From Myxococcota bacterium (GTDB lineage Bacteria; Myxococcota_C; UBA6777), in contig JAKLKB010000024.1 in the NCBI GenBank assembly GCA_023150835.1, positions 4,534-68,533 of the forward strand: 64,000 bases of DNA, read 5' to 3'. The notes below the pieces were generated by a model. The model was not told the DNA's origin. It made no database searches and saw nothing but the letters and a program-made list of their open reading frames with translations. Shown one piece after another: positions 27,361 to 36,852 of the stretch (positions within the stretch are counted from its first letter, which is position 1; every line of letters starts with the position of its first letter). Made by a program: the position numbers and the translations under genes.

Positions 27361-28989
27361 TCAGCAGTCAAGGGGGCTGCGCAGGCGGAATTCGTATTTG
27401 TTTTGTTTGCCAGCGGCGCGTTGGACGACACCTTCGGGCATCTTGGCGAAACATTTGTATTCTTTGAGATTTTGTTGGATCTGTGAAGCCGCAGCATACG
27501 AATCGGTTTCGCCTTCAAGCTCGAAGTTTCGGGCGTTGATGTTGAGGCGTGTGATCTCGATCTTGAGCTTTTTGTCTTTGGCGAGGCGAGAGACGCGGTC
27601 GTAGATCTCGAGGAACATATCATAAGCGCTAATGGTAGGGATGACGGCTTGTTCGCCGGTGCCTTTGGCTTTTTGGATCTCTTCGAGCATGATGTTGATG
27701 CAGCGGGTGGGATCGGAGATGGGCTGTCCAAGGATCTGCTGACAGCGGCGTTCGACTTCACGTTGGAGTTGTGTGTTTTCTTTGGAGAGTGCGTAAAAGC
27801 CGGTAAAGACGGAGGTCATCAGCAAGACCAACAAGATGGCGGAGCCGATCACAAGGCTAGGGATGCGATCTTTGAGGAATTGGAGATCGCCTTTGTAGGC
27901 GAATTCACGTGTGCGGAAGTTGATCTGGGCAAATCGAGAGCGAGAAAGGCCGCGAAGGGCGAGAGCAAGGGCTTTATGGAGTGGGGCGTCTTGTTGGGGC
28001 CAAGCCAAGCCTTCGGCGGTGGGGATGTGTTTGGGTTGGAGCGGTAAGACGCGGAGATTGAGGCGCTGGGCGAGAAATGTAGCGATGCCTCGGAGCATGG
28101 CTCCGCCGCCTGTGATGTAGAGGGTTTGGAGTTGCTGGCTTGCGCGGCGTTGGAGGGCCGCAAAGGAGCGGCGAAGTTCGGTGAGGATGGGAGTAAAAGC
28201 GCGTTGGACGGATTGGGTTTCGGGGGAGTCGATAGCGCCGGGTGGAGCGGCGAGATCGATCTGATTCCATAGCGTCTCGTGGGCTTGGTGTGGATGGATC
28301 TGGTGGGTGGTGATGAGGGCTTGGCGAAGTTGGCGGGTGCCGCGTTGGATCGAGCGGACAAGCTCGGCGCGAACGGGTTCTTTGGGATCTTGGGGGTAGC
28401 GGCGGAACAGGGTGAGTGTGGTGTGTCGGAAACCAAGGTCGAGGACACCCCATGTTTCTTCGTCAGGTCCGGGTTCACAATCGGGAAAGAGATGGGTGTA
28501 AGGCAGTCCGTCAAGCATCAAGACGCGGGGATCGACAGCGGCTTCTTGGAGGCTGCGGAGGTAGGAGCCGACTTCTTCGATGGGGGCGTTGCCGACGAGT
28601 ACACGGGAGCCTTCTTTGGTGGATTCGATGAATTGGTAGTCATAGATCAGGTCTTCGATCTCGAAGGGCGACATCTCATCGAGTTGGAAGCTGAGGACTT
28701 GCTCGATCTTTGCGGTGTCAGAAAAGGGCAGATCGATCACGGCGCTTGCGCCGATGGATCCCGGGAGAGAGGTGATGATCTGTTCGACAGGTCCGATGGT
28801 TTGGAGCGTTTGTGCGATCGCTTGTTTGCGAGCGTTTTGGATGGATTCGGCCTCGGTTTCGGGGCCGTCGTCGAGGGGTATCGCTTCGAGGTGGTAGGCT
28901 TCGACGTTGTATTGACGGCCCGTCTGTTGAAGAACCACAGCTTTGATGGAAGCCTTACCGATATCGAGTCCGAGGATGCGTTGGGCCAT
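27361..28989 (-). CDS. gspL: Type II secretion protein L (PilM/actin-like fused to a PilN-like domain)
   Basis: ILGLDIG..SIKAV, LPF, LDLG..HT, ITGGGA, INFR..EF, TM, then LEGET. Confidence 0.88.
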   Translation of the reverse strand: MAQRILGLDIGKASIKAVVLQQTGRQYNVEAYHLEAIPLDDGPETEAESIQNARKQAIAQTLQTIGPVEQIITSLPGSIGASAVIDLPFSDTAKIEQVLSFQLDEMSPFEIEDLIYDYQFIESTKEGSRVLVGNAPIEEVGSYLRSLQEAAVDPRVLMLDGLPYTHLFPDCEPGPDEETWGVLDLGFRHTTLTLFRRYPQDPKEPVRAELVRSIQRGTRQLRQALITTHQIHPHQAHETLWNQIDLAAPPGAIDSPETQSVQRAFTPILTELRRSFAALQRRASQQLQTLYITGGGAMLRGIATFLAQRLNLRVLPLQPKHIPTAEGLAWPQQDAPLHKALALALRGLSRSRFAQINFRTREFAYKGDLQFLKDRIPSLVIGSAILLVLLMTSVFTGFYALSKENTQLQREVERRCQQILGQPISDPTRCINIMLEEIQKAKGTGEQAVIPTISAYDMFLEIYDRVSRLAKDKKLKIEITRLNINARNFELEGETDSYAAASQIQQNLKEYKCFAKMPEGVVQRAAGKQNKYEFRLRSPLDC

Positions 28990-29019
28990 AGGAGATTCCT
29001 TACAAGCGAGAGCATGGGG

Positions 29020-30798
29020 CTATTGGAGTTGCCAGAAGTAGACTTTGCGAGCGCCGCGAGGCTCCATAAAGATCACGGCTTGGATGCGGCGTTGGACACG
29101 ACCGACTTGTCCGACGGCTTCGACGCGAAAGAGGTCGGTGTCGGTGGTGAGGGTGATACCTGTATTGCGGTTCATTGTAAAGCGCGGAAGCTGTTGAGGG
29201 TTGATCTGCTGCTGCATGTTGGTGGCCCCGAGTCCTTGGGTGAGGTTGGAGGGGAGGACGTTGGGATTTTCGCACCAGTTGAAGAAAGCGTTGTCGTCCT
29301 CGAAGCCGAGGTAGTTTCGCCATGTCTCCATTGCTTGGACGAATTGGAGGAAGGCAGGTTGTAGAAAGATGCTTCGATCGAAGGGGGGTTTGGGGACACC
29401 GTGAGCCATGACAAGACCGCGCAGGATGTTGATGTCGGCTTGTTGGATGTTGATCCGCAAGGGGCCGTAAACGGTGAAGAGATGGCCGAAGGTTTGGAAG
29501 AAGATATCGTCCACGCCGTAGATCAAGCGAAGCTCTTTGACCGAGTCGAGATAAGAGTTTTTGGTGTAATAGCCTTTTTCATCGTAGCGGTATTTGGAGT
29601 CTTCGGTGTTGCTGTCTTCGCCAGCGACGCGGTTGTCTGGGTCGATCCAGTCTTGTATGGCGGAGATCTGTTCTTGTCGTGTGATGCGAGTGCCGTCGGC
29701 GCGAGGGTTTTCAAACAGGGGATTGTAGCGTGGTGGGGCAAAGATGGCTTCTAATTGTTTGCGCAAGACCAAGGCTTCACGGGCGCTGTAGAAGTGGTTG
29801 AGATTGAGTTTGGCGCTTTCATCGGTGAGCGTTGCGGAAAAGCGGCCACTAAAATCTCCGAAGGGATAGAGTTGGCCTTGGTCGGTGGTACGGCCTTTGT
29901 CTTTGTCTTCGTCTTTGTTGCGTTTGGCTCGACCAAAAGCACCGCCCGCGATGGACTTGATTAGGTCGGAGTTGACGGGGACGATGCTCCAAAGCTGAAA
30001 GCGATTGAGCAACATGGCGAGTTCGGGGCGTCCACCAAGCATCTGTTTGATGCCTGCTTTGAAGGTGGACTTGATCTTGCGGAACTTGTGTTCAAAGGAC
30101 AGCAAGAGGTGGGTGAATTCGAGGGAGGATCGGGCGAGGTATTCGGCACGCAAGGCATCACGGGAGTTTGCGGCCATTTGAAGTTGGACACGCGCATCGA
30201 ATTGGAGTTCGAGCGTCAGGGAGGTGGCGAGCATCAACAAGCTGAGAACAAGCAAAAGAGCGAGGCCTCGGCTGCGCTTGGCTTGCAAGCCGATCGGCGC
30301 GGAGGGGATCGTGGTTGGGGTGGTGTTGTCGTCATAGGCGGAGGGATGGGGTGTGGAAAGACGGGGGAGAGTGGTTGAAGTGGCCGAAGTGGCGGAGGGA
30401 TGAGTGAGCGTGGTCGAAGTGGCCGAAGTGGCGGAGGGATGAGTGAGCGTGGTCGAAGTGGCGGAGTGATGGGGCGTTGTCGCACGAGCGATGTTGCGAA
30501 GGCGAGGCGAAGGAGCGATGGGGATGCCCCAGAGATGGGTGCGGCGGCGTGGTGGGCGCGTTGTGGAGGCGGAAGCTGTAGGGAGAACGGTGTTTGTTGT
30601 GGAGGCGGAAGCTGTAGGGAGAAAGGCGGTTGTTGTGGAGGCGGAAGCTGTAGGGAGAACGGTGTTTGTTATCGAGGCGGAAGCTGTAGGGAGAACGGTG
30701 TTTGTTATCGAGGCGGAAGCTGTAGGGAGAACGGTGTTTGTTGTGGAGGCGGATATCGTGGGTGGGTGGGTGGGGGAGGTGTATTTGTTTTGGGGCAT
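29020..30798 (-). CDS. gspK: Minor pseudopilin K with a long repetitive N-terminal leader
   Basis: RG|LALLLVL at codon 178, A.YLARS, DESAKLNLN, DWID.D, KN..LDS..EL..IYG, FTVY, INI..A. Confidence 0.85.
   Translation of the reverse strand: MPQNKYTSPTHPPTISASTTNTVLPTASASITNTVLPTASASITNTVLPTASASTTTAFLPTASASTTNTVLPTASASTTRPPRRRTHLWGIPIAPSPRLRNIARATTPHHSATSTTLTHPSATSATSTTLTHPSATSATSTTLPRLSTPHPSAYDDNTTPTTIPSAPIGLQAKRSRGLALLLVLSLLMLATSLTLELQFDARVQLQMAANSRDALRAEYLARSSLEFTHLLLSFEHKFRKIKSTFKAGIKQMLGGRPELAMLLNRFQLWSIVPVNSDLIKSIAGGAFGRAKRNKDEDKDKGRTTDQGQLYPFGDFSGRFSATLTDESAKLNLNHFYSAREALVLRKQLEAIFAPPRYNPLFENPRADGTRITRQEQISAIQDWIDPDNRVAGEDSNTEDSKYRYDEKGYYTKNSYLDSVKELRLIYGVDDIFFQTFGHLFTVYGPLRINIQQADINILRGLVMAHGVPKPPFDRSIFLQPAFLQFVQAMETWRNYLGFEDDNAFFNWCENPNVLPSNLTQGLGATNMQQQINPQQLPRFTMNRNTGITLTTDTDLFRVEAVGQVGRVQRRIQAVIFMEPRGARKVYFWQLQ
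30370..30752. repeat. 36-bp and 39-bp in-frame tandem repeats in the GspK leader
   Basis: ASASITNTVLPT-type units x5 and HPSATSATSTTLT-type units x2-3. Confidence 0.9.
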
Positions 30799-30813
30799 GG
30801 TGTGGGCCTCGTT

Positions 30814-31581
30814 TTATTGGCGTTGAAGTGCGCCTTGCATCACGACGCGGGTACGGGTGAGGAAGGTGGTTTCTTCGCCGCTGGGGTCGGCGACGGTGAG
30901 TTTGATCTCGATGAGGGAGGGCATGATCACACGTCCGACGTTGTTTCCGATGCGTCCGCCGAACTCGACTTTTGTGGTGTCCCAGTTGTCGATCCAGTCA
31001 TTTTTGCGTTTGTCCCAAAAGCGGAAGGTCAAGCGTTTGACGCGCTCAAGCATGACATAAGCGACACCGCCGCGTTCGGGTTCGTGGTTGATGACGGGGT
31101 TGACGCGGCGCAGGAGCAGGTGGACTTTGGGGTCTTTGGGGCTGGGTTTGCCGTAATACTCGACGATGGCTTGGTCGGACTCACGGGCATTTCGGACCAT
31201 GCGGACATGGGAGAAGGTGGAGAACAAGAGTCGGCTGACGGGGGCGTCGGGAGTGCTGCGAACGAGGGTGAGGGGGATGCGGCTGAGGTCGGTGACGGCG
31301 CTCCCGGGGATGCTGACATAGGTCATGGCGATCTCACGGGCCATACGGTCGAGGACGACGCGAGCGCCGTGGTAGCGGTCGTTGATCTCGCCGATGGTTT
31401 CGCGGGCATTTTGAGTGCGAGCGATCACGCCGATGGTCGCGACGCCAAGCATACCGATCAGAAAGACGCTGATCATGATCTCCAACAAAGTCATCCCGGC
31501 TTGGGCGCGATAGAGTCGGAGGGATGGCCGAGATCGGTGAGGGATCAAGGGGTGGATTGTTGGTTGTTTTTGTCGGGGCAT
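30814..31581 (-). CDS. gspJ: Minor pseudopilin J
   Basis: G|MTLLEIMI, ESDQ..VEY, L.RR, F.FWD...W...WD. Confidence 0.88.
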   Translation of the reverse strand: MPRQKQPTIHPLIPHRSRPSLRLYRAQAGMTLLEIMISVFLIGMLGVATIGVIARTQNARETIGEINDRYHGARVVLDRMAREIAMTYVSIPGSAVTDLSRIPLTLVRSTPDAPVSRLLFSTFSHVRMVRNARESDQAIVEYYGKPSPKDPKVHLLLRRVNPVINHEPERGGVAYVMLERVKRLTFRFWDKRKNDWIDNWDTTKVEFGGRIGNNVGRVIMPSLIEIKLTVADPSGEETTFLTRTRVVMQGALQRQ

Positions 31582-32207
31582 GTTCCGGGATTCCCTGTCT
31601 GCTCGTCAAAGCAGAAAAAGTGTGTGACCACACGGACATCTTGGTTTTGTTTGCCATCTTGCCATTTGACGACGACTTCGAGTTCGCGGAGGGCTTCTTG
31701 GAGTTGCTCGAAGATCACCTTCATTTGGGACTGGATCATGCCGGAAAAGGGGCCGAGCATACCTGCGATACCGGAGGGATCGGCATTTTGCATCGGTACA
31801 CCGAGGCTTCCCATCAGAGAAGAGGCTTGTTTGGCTTTGGCTTCGGGGTCGTCGTCGGGACTGCCGCCAAGTCCGGGGATATCGTTGGGGGTGGCGAACT
31901 CCACGCGCTTGATGCAGTAGCGCCAAGTGAAGCGGCGAAACTCTTTGCCTTCTTTTTCGAAGTCCCCGTCTTTGCAGGAGCTTTTGGAGAGTCCAAAGTT
32001 GGTGCGTCCATCTTCGATCTCTTGGATCAGTTCGGCCATGCGAGCGCGGGCAAGCTGTGTGGCGGAGGTGAGATCGCGTGCGTAGACGGTCATCAAGGAG
32101 CTTCCGCCTTGGGAGTCAAGGATCACCATCATGCCCATCGAAAGGATCGCGACGGCGATCATGACTTCGAGGAGGGAGAAGCCCGCTTGTTTACTTGCGG
32201 ATATCAT
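31545..32207 (-). CDS. gspI: Minor pseudopilin I
   Basis: G|FSLLEVMIAVAIL, ATQLAR..M, V.V.W. Confidence 0.88.
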   Translation of the reverse strand: MISASKQAGFSLLEVMIAVAILSMGMMVILDSQGGSSLMTVYARDLTSATQLARARMAELIQEIEDGRTNFGLSKSSCKDGDFEKEGKEFRRFTWRYCIKRVEFATPNDIPGLGGSPDDDPEAKAKQASSLMGSLGVPMQNADPSGIAGMLGPFSGMIQSQMKVIFEQLQEALRELEVVVKWQDGKQNQDVRVVTHFFCFDEQTGNPGTCPDKNNQQSTP

Positions 32208-32961
32208 CGTCGTCTCCTTTGTTCATGCGTGCGTAGGAGTCGCGCAGATCGAGTTTTTTGTTGTGGACGGTGACGTGACCCGTCAGGGGTTTGACTTCGA
32301 GGGAAAAGACGGTTTTGCCGGAGTCTTGGAGGTAGATCACGGCGCGTTCGCAGTATCCGAGTGGAAAGCAGTGGAGATAGACGTAGCGGGGGCCTTGTTT
32401 TTTGGAGTACGGCTCTTTTTGGTGGGCGACATAGATCGACTCAAAGGACACGTCGGTGGGGAGTTTTCGGGTTTTAAGCAAGCTACCATTGAATTCGGCG
32501 AAGGTGGCTTTTTTGACTTCGAGAGAGATGGGGGGTTCTTCGCCCCAAAAGCTTTGTTGGACGGTGGGAGTGGGCGTTTGTTGTTTGGCCTCGTCTTGGC
32601 GCTTTTTTTCGGCGTCGTCTTCTTTCTTTTTGGCCTGTCTTGCGGTGGATTGCTCGCTATCGATCAGGCATTCGCCATCGGTGGAGGCTTCGACTTTGTA
32701 GGTGTCTTTGTGGAGGTCGAAGACAAGGCGCATACACAAGCCTTTGAGGGTGGCTTGGTGGTGGAGGTAGCGCAGGGTGCCAGAGAGTTTGGTGGAGGCT
32801 TCGCGGAGGCGCATGTGCGTTAGGTTGTTGTAGGCAGGGATAGAGACGCCCATGATCAAGCCGATGATGACGAGGGTGATCATGATCTCCATGAGTGTCA
32901 TCCCACGCATCGTCCGAAGAGATGGTCGAAGTGTGTTTGGAAGAAGTGTGGGCTGTTGCAT
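32191..32961 (-). CDS. gspH: Minor pseudopilin H / FimT-like
   Basis: G|MTLMEIMITLVII, RL.FDL, FPLG, V.PLTG.V. Confidence 0.85.
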   Translation of the reverse strand: MQQPTLLPNTLRPSLRTMRGMTLMEIMITLVIIGLIMGVSIPAYNNLTHMRLREASTKLSGTLRYLHHQATLKGLCMRLVFDLHKDTYKVEASTDGECLIDSEQSTARQAKKKEDDAEKKRQDEAKQQTPTPTVQQSFWGEEPPISLEVKKATFAEFNGSLLKTRKLPTDVSFESIYVAHQKEPYSKKQGPRYVYLHCFPLGYCERAVIYLQDSGKTVFSLEVKPLTGHVTVHNKKLDLRDSYARMNKGDDDDIRK

Positions 32962-33004
32962 GGGGCGTCCTTGGGTGCGGAGGTTTGGAGTGAAGGGAGG
33001 CGGA

Positions 33005-33451
33005 TCACTCTTTTTCGCAGCGGATATCTTTGGTGTTGTACTCGGTGCCACCTTCTTTTCCATCGGAGCCGAGGGAAAGCACGTCGGGGGAGTTGGGGTT
33101 GGTGAGGCTCGGGTTGCGGTAGAAGTAGTCGAAGTTCCAAGGATCTTTGGGGATCTTGCGACCAGCCCACGTTCCCGAAGTGACGAGGGCGTTGAGTCCT
33201 TCGCTGTTGGAGGGGTACGATCCTTTTTTCAAACGGTAGAGTTGAAGGGCTTTTTCGATGTTGCAGACTTGGGAGCGTGCGATCTCGATCTTGCTTTCTT
33301 CAAAGTAGCGGATCAAGCGGACACCTGCGAGGGTTCCGATCAATCCGATGATCACAACAACAACCATGATCTCGATCAAGGTCATCCCGCGCTGTGTGCG
33401 GCGTTTTTGGAGGTTTTGGGGTTGGGGCTTTGGCATGGGCATCGGTTTCAT
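33005..33451 (-). CDS. gspG: Major pseudopilin G
   Basis: G|MTLIEIMVVVVIIG, AL.LY.L..G.YP...GL.ALV, PKDPW, SLG.DG.EGG. Confidence 0.95.
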   Translation of the reverse strand: MKPMPMPKPQPQNLQKRRTQRGMTLIEIMVVVVIIGLIGTLAGVRLIRYFEESKIEIARSQVCNIEKALQLYRLKKGSYPSNSEGLNALVTSGTWAGRKIPKDPWNFDYFYRNPSLTNPNSPDVLSLGSDGKEGGTEYNTKDIRCEKE

Positions 33452-33656
33452 TCGAGGAGCGCTCCTTTCGGAAGGTTGGACTCGCACGGTGTGGCGAGGT
33501 TCGCCGAGGTCGGCATATCGGAGGACATAGGCCAAAGGGCTGAACGGTGTGGAGGATCAGCCTCGGATGGCGTATTTGAGAACAGGGACCAAATGGCCGA
33601 TGTATGGGGCTGCTCATCCATGTGTGGGGATGGTCAGCCATGTGTGTTGTGGTCGA

Positions 33657-34925
33657 TCATCCACGTATGGCGTTATTGAGCTGCATAATGGGCATCATGA
33701 TACTCATGATGATAAAGCCGACGACAACGGCCATGGCGACGAGGATCAAAGGTTCGAGCAAAGAAGTGAGTTGTTGGACACGGGTTTCGACTTGGGATTC
33801 GTAGGCGACGGCGACGTGACCGAGCATCTCTTCGAGGTGTCCGCTGCGTTCGCCGATGGTGATCATATGCCCGACGATCGGGTCAAATTCGCCGCTGCGT
33901 TTGAGAGGGACAGCGAGGGATTCGCCTTCGCGGACGTTGTCACGGGCGTCTTCGATGACTTTGGCGAGGACGGTGTTTCCGACGATGGTCTTGACGATAT
34001 CCATCGCGGCAAGCATCGGAACACCGGAGGAAAGCAAGGTGGCCATGGTACTGGCAAAGCGGGAAGTGGCGACCATGCGGACAAGGCCACCAAAGATCGG
34101 GACACGCAAGACAAATCGGTCATAAGCGGCGATGCCTTTATCGGTCTTGAGGTAGCGTCGTAAGGAGTAGATGCCAAAGCCGATCAAGGGAAAGACGATA
34201 AACCAGTACGAGCTCATCAGGTTGCTGACGGTGATCAGGGCTTGGGTGTAGACGGGGAGTGTGGCGTTGATATCTTCGAATAGCTTGGTGATCTTGGGGA
34301 CGACGAAGGTCATCAGGATGATGACGATCAAGACGCCAACGCCCGACATGACGGCAGGATAGACGAGAGCGCCCGAGACTTGGCGGCGCAGAGCCATCTG
34401 TTTTTCGTTGAATTCGGCGAGGCGATAGAGGACTTTTTCGAGAGCGCCAGCGGATTCACCAGCGCGGACCATGTTGACATAGAGGTTATCGAAGGCAGCG
34501 GGATGTTCTCGCAAGGCTTCGGCGAGTGGGGTGCCTTCGTTGACGCGCTCTTTGATCTGGGAAAGGATGCGTTTGAATTTTTCGTTGTCGGTCTGATCGG
34601 TGAGTGCGGTCAGGCTTTCGACGAGGGGGATGCCTGCGTTGGTCAGGGTCGCAAGTTGCCGAGTGAAGAGGGCGATCTCTTGGAGGGTGACGCGCTGGAA
34701 ATACTTGGCGAAGTCGATCTCTTTGTTGAGCAGGCCATCGGATTTTTTTTCATTGCCGACCAGCTTCTTTTTGTCGACGGTGCCCGCTTTGCTTTCGTAG
34801 AGGTCGGTAAGAAAGATGCCTTCTTTGCGCAAGAGGGTTTTGAGCATACGGGGGTTGTCGGCTTCTTTGACGCCCTTGACCGTCTTTCCTTGCTGATTCA
34901 GTCCTTTGTACTCATAAGCGGGCAT
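33657..34925 (-). CDS. gspF: Type II secretion inner membrane platform protein F
   Basis: FTRQLATL..AGIPL, AGE.AG.L, ALVYP, GE.SG.L..ML, LLEP. Confidence 0.96.
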   Translation of the reverse strand: MPAYEYKGLNQQGKTVKGVKEADNPRMLKTLLRKEGIFLTDLYESKAGTVDKKKLVGNEKKSDGLLNKEIDFAKYFQRVTLQEIALFTRQLATLTNAGIPLVESLTALTDQTDNEKFKRILSQIKERVNEGTPLAEALREHPAAFDNLYVNMVRAGESAGALEKVLYRLAEFNEKQMALRRQVSGALVYPAVMSGVGVLIVIILMTFVVPKITKLFEDINATLPVYTQALITVSNLMSSYWFIVFPLIGFGIYSLRRYLKTDKGIAAYDRFVLRVPIFGGLVRMVATSRFASTMATLLSSGVPMLAAMDIVKTIVGNTVLAKVIEDARDNVREGESLAVPLKRSGEFDPIVGHMITIGERSGHLEEMLGHVAVAYESQVETRVQQLTSLLEPLILVAMAVVVGFIIMSIMMPIMQLNNAIRG

Positions 34926-35008
34926 AATCCAAACCTTTGTGATGGCGAGGAGATCGTTTTGTCGCCTTTGTGTGTGCGCAGGTCACGGGAGATCGGGTGG
35001 TTTTGAGA

Positions 35009-36802
35009 TCAGTCGCGGTCTTCGGAGGTGACGCGGCTGATCTCTTCGATGCTGGTGATGCCTTGGAGAACTTTGCGAGCGCCGTCATCGCGGAGGGTGA
35101 GCATACCTTTTTGGACGGCGACTTGTTTGATGCGGCCGGAGGGTTCGCTGCGCATGACAAGAGAGCGGATATCGTCATCCATGAGCAAGAGTTCGTAGAT
35201 GCCTGAACGACCGCGATATCCTTTGTGGTTACATTCAGAGCATCCGTTTTCTTTGGGCTGATAGACGGTGTGGTGAGCGAGATCTTGGGGTCGGATGCCG
35301 ATCTGTGCAAGCTCCGAAGGAGTGGGGGTGTAAGGTTGTCGACAATGCTTGCAGAGTCGGCGCACGAGACGTTGAGCGAGGACACCGATGACAGCGGAGG
35401 AAACGAGGAAGGGTTCGATCTGCATATCGATCAGTCGGGTGAAGGCGGTGGCGGCGTCGTTGGTGTGGAGGGTGGTAAAGACCAAGTGTCCTGTGAGAGA
35501 GGCTTGGATGGCGATCTCGGCGGTTTCGCGGTCACGGGTTTCACCGATCAAGATGACATCGGGGTCTTGGCGCAAGAAGGCGCGTAGTCCTGTGGCGAAG
35601 GTGAGTCCGATCTTGCTGCTGACTTGCATCTGTCCGATGCCTTGGAGTTGGTATTCGACGGGATCTTCGACGGTGAGGATGTTTTTGTCGGGGGAGTTGA
35701 TCTTGCTGAGCGCAGAATAGAGGGTGGTGGTTTTTCCTGAGCCGGTGGGGCCTGTGACGAGGATGATGCCGTGGCTGCGGTAGAGCAGGCGTTCAAAGCC
35801 TTCGCGCATATCTTCGGAGAAGCCGATCTGATCGAGGTCAAGGAGGACGTTGGATTTGTCGAGGAGTCGGAGGACAGCGCGTTCACCGTGTCCGGTGGGG
35901 ATGGTGGAGACACGCAGGTCGATATCTTTGCCTGCGCTTTTGAGGCGGATGCGTCCGTCTTGAGGGAGGCGTTTTTCGGCGATATCGAGTTTTGCCATGA
36001 TCTTGATACGGGCGGCGATATGGGCTTGTGCGCGTTTGGGGACGGAGGCGACTTCTTGGAGAACGCCATCGATGCGAAAGCGGACTTTGACTTCTTTTTC
36101 AAAGGGTTCGATATGGATATCGGAGGCTTTTTCTTTGATGGCGCGGTAGATCAGGGTGTTGACGAGGCGGATCACAGGGGCTTCGTCATCGGATGCGTCC
36201 AAGAGGTCCATCGCTTCGTCAAGATCGTCAAGTTCGTCTTTTTGTTTTCCGACGTCTTCGAGTTCTTCTTGAGCGCCGTCAAGTCCGAAGTTTCCACGTG
36301 CGATATCGTAGGCTTGGTTGATGACGTTGAGGAGTTTTTGTTTGGGGTAAAGCAGGGGGATGGGTTCGGCGTGGAAAAGAAGCTGGATCTGGTCGAAGGT
36401 TTCGAGGTCATAGGGGTCAGCGCAGGCGAGGGTGATACAGCCGTCTTCGAGTGAAAGAGGGAGGACACAGGCTTGTTTCGCGAAGGCGATGGAGATGCGT
36501 TCAAGTAGCGAAACGTCGATTTGTCGGGGATCGATGTGTGTGGCGTAGGGGATATCGAGTTGTTCGCTGCGAGCGATCAAGAGTTCTTCTTCGGAGACGG
36601 CTTTGAGGGAGATCAAGATATCTTCGAGAGGCTCGCCGCGTTCGAGGACGAGGGCTTCGGCTTGGGCGAGCTTTTCGGGGTCGAGCACTCCACGACGCAC
36701 AAGGATCAGCTCGAAGGGGAGGTTGACGAGCGCGCCCATCGGAAGGGAAGACATCTGCGTGTGTTCGCCGAAAGAAGAGGGGGTTTGCGATGTCGAAGTC
36801 AT
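35009..36802 (-). CDS. gspE: Type II secretion ATPase E
   Basis: [47 protein letters not shown], CxxC..CxxC. Confidence 0.97.
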   Translation of the reverse strand: MTSTSQTPSSFGEHTQMSSLPMGALVNLPFELILVRRGVLDPEKLAQAEALVLERGEPLEDILISLKAVSEEELLIARSEQLDIPYATHIDPRQIDVSLLERISIAFAKQACVLPLSLEDGCITLACADPYDLETFDQIQLLFHAEPIPLLYPKQKLLNVINQAYDIARGNFGLDGAQEELEDVGKQKDELDDLDEAMDLLDASDDEAPVIRLVNTLIYRAIKEKASDIHIEPFEKEVKVRFRIDGVLQEVASVPKRAQAHIAARIKIMAKLDIAEKRLPQDGRIRLKSAGKDIDLRVSTIPTGHGERAVLRLLDKSNVLLDLDQIGFSEDMREGFERLLYRSHGIILVTGPTGSGKTTTLYSALSKINSPDKNILTVEDPVEYQLQGIGQMQVSSKIGLTFATGLRAFLRQDPDVILIGETRDRETAEIAIQASLTGHLVFTTLHTNDAATAFTRLIDMQIEPFLVSSAVIGVLAQRLVRRLCKHCRQPYTPTPSELAQIGIRPQDLAHHTVYQPKENGCSECNHKGYRGRSGIYELLLMDDDIRSLVMRSEPSGRIKQVAVQKGMLTLRDDGARKVLQGITSIEEISRVTSEDRD

Positions 36803-36852
36803 GGGGGCTCCTTTGTAAGCAACGGAGAAAGATATCCACGAGTGCAGCAGCG

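Noticed and set aside
30400..31920. 506-aa plus-strand Cys/Gly-rich ORF
   Set aside because: Antisense shadow of gspI/J/K and their repeats. The same applies to other long antisense ORFs such as 40786-41943 and 21552-22844.
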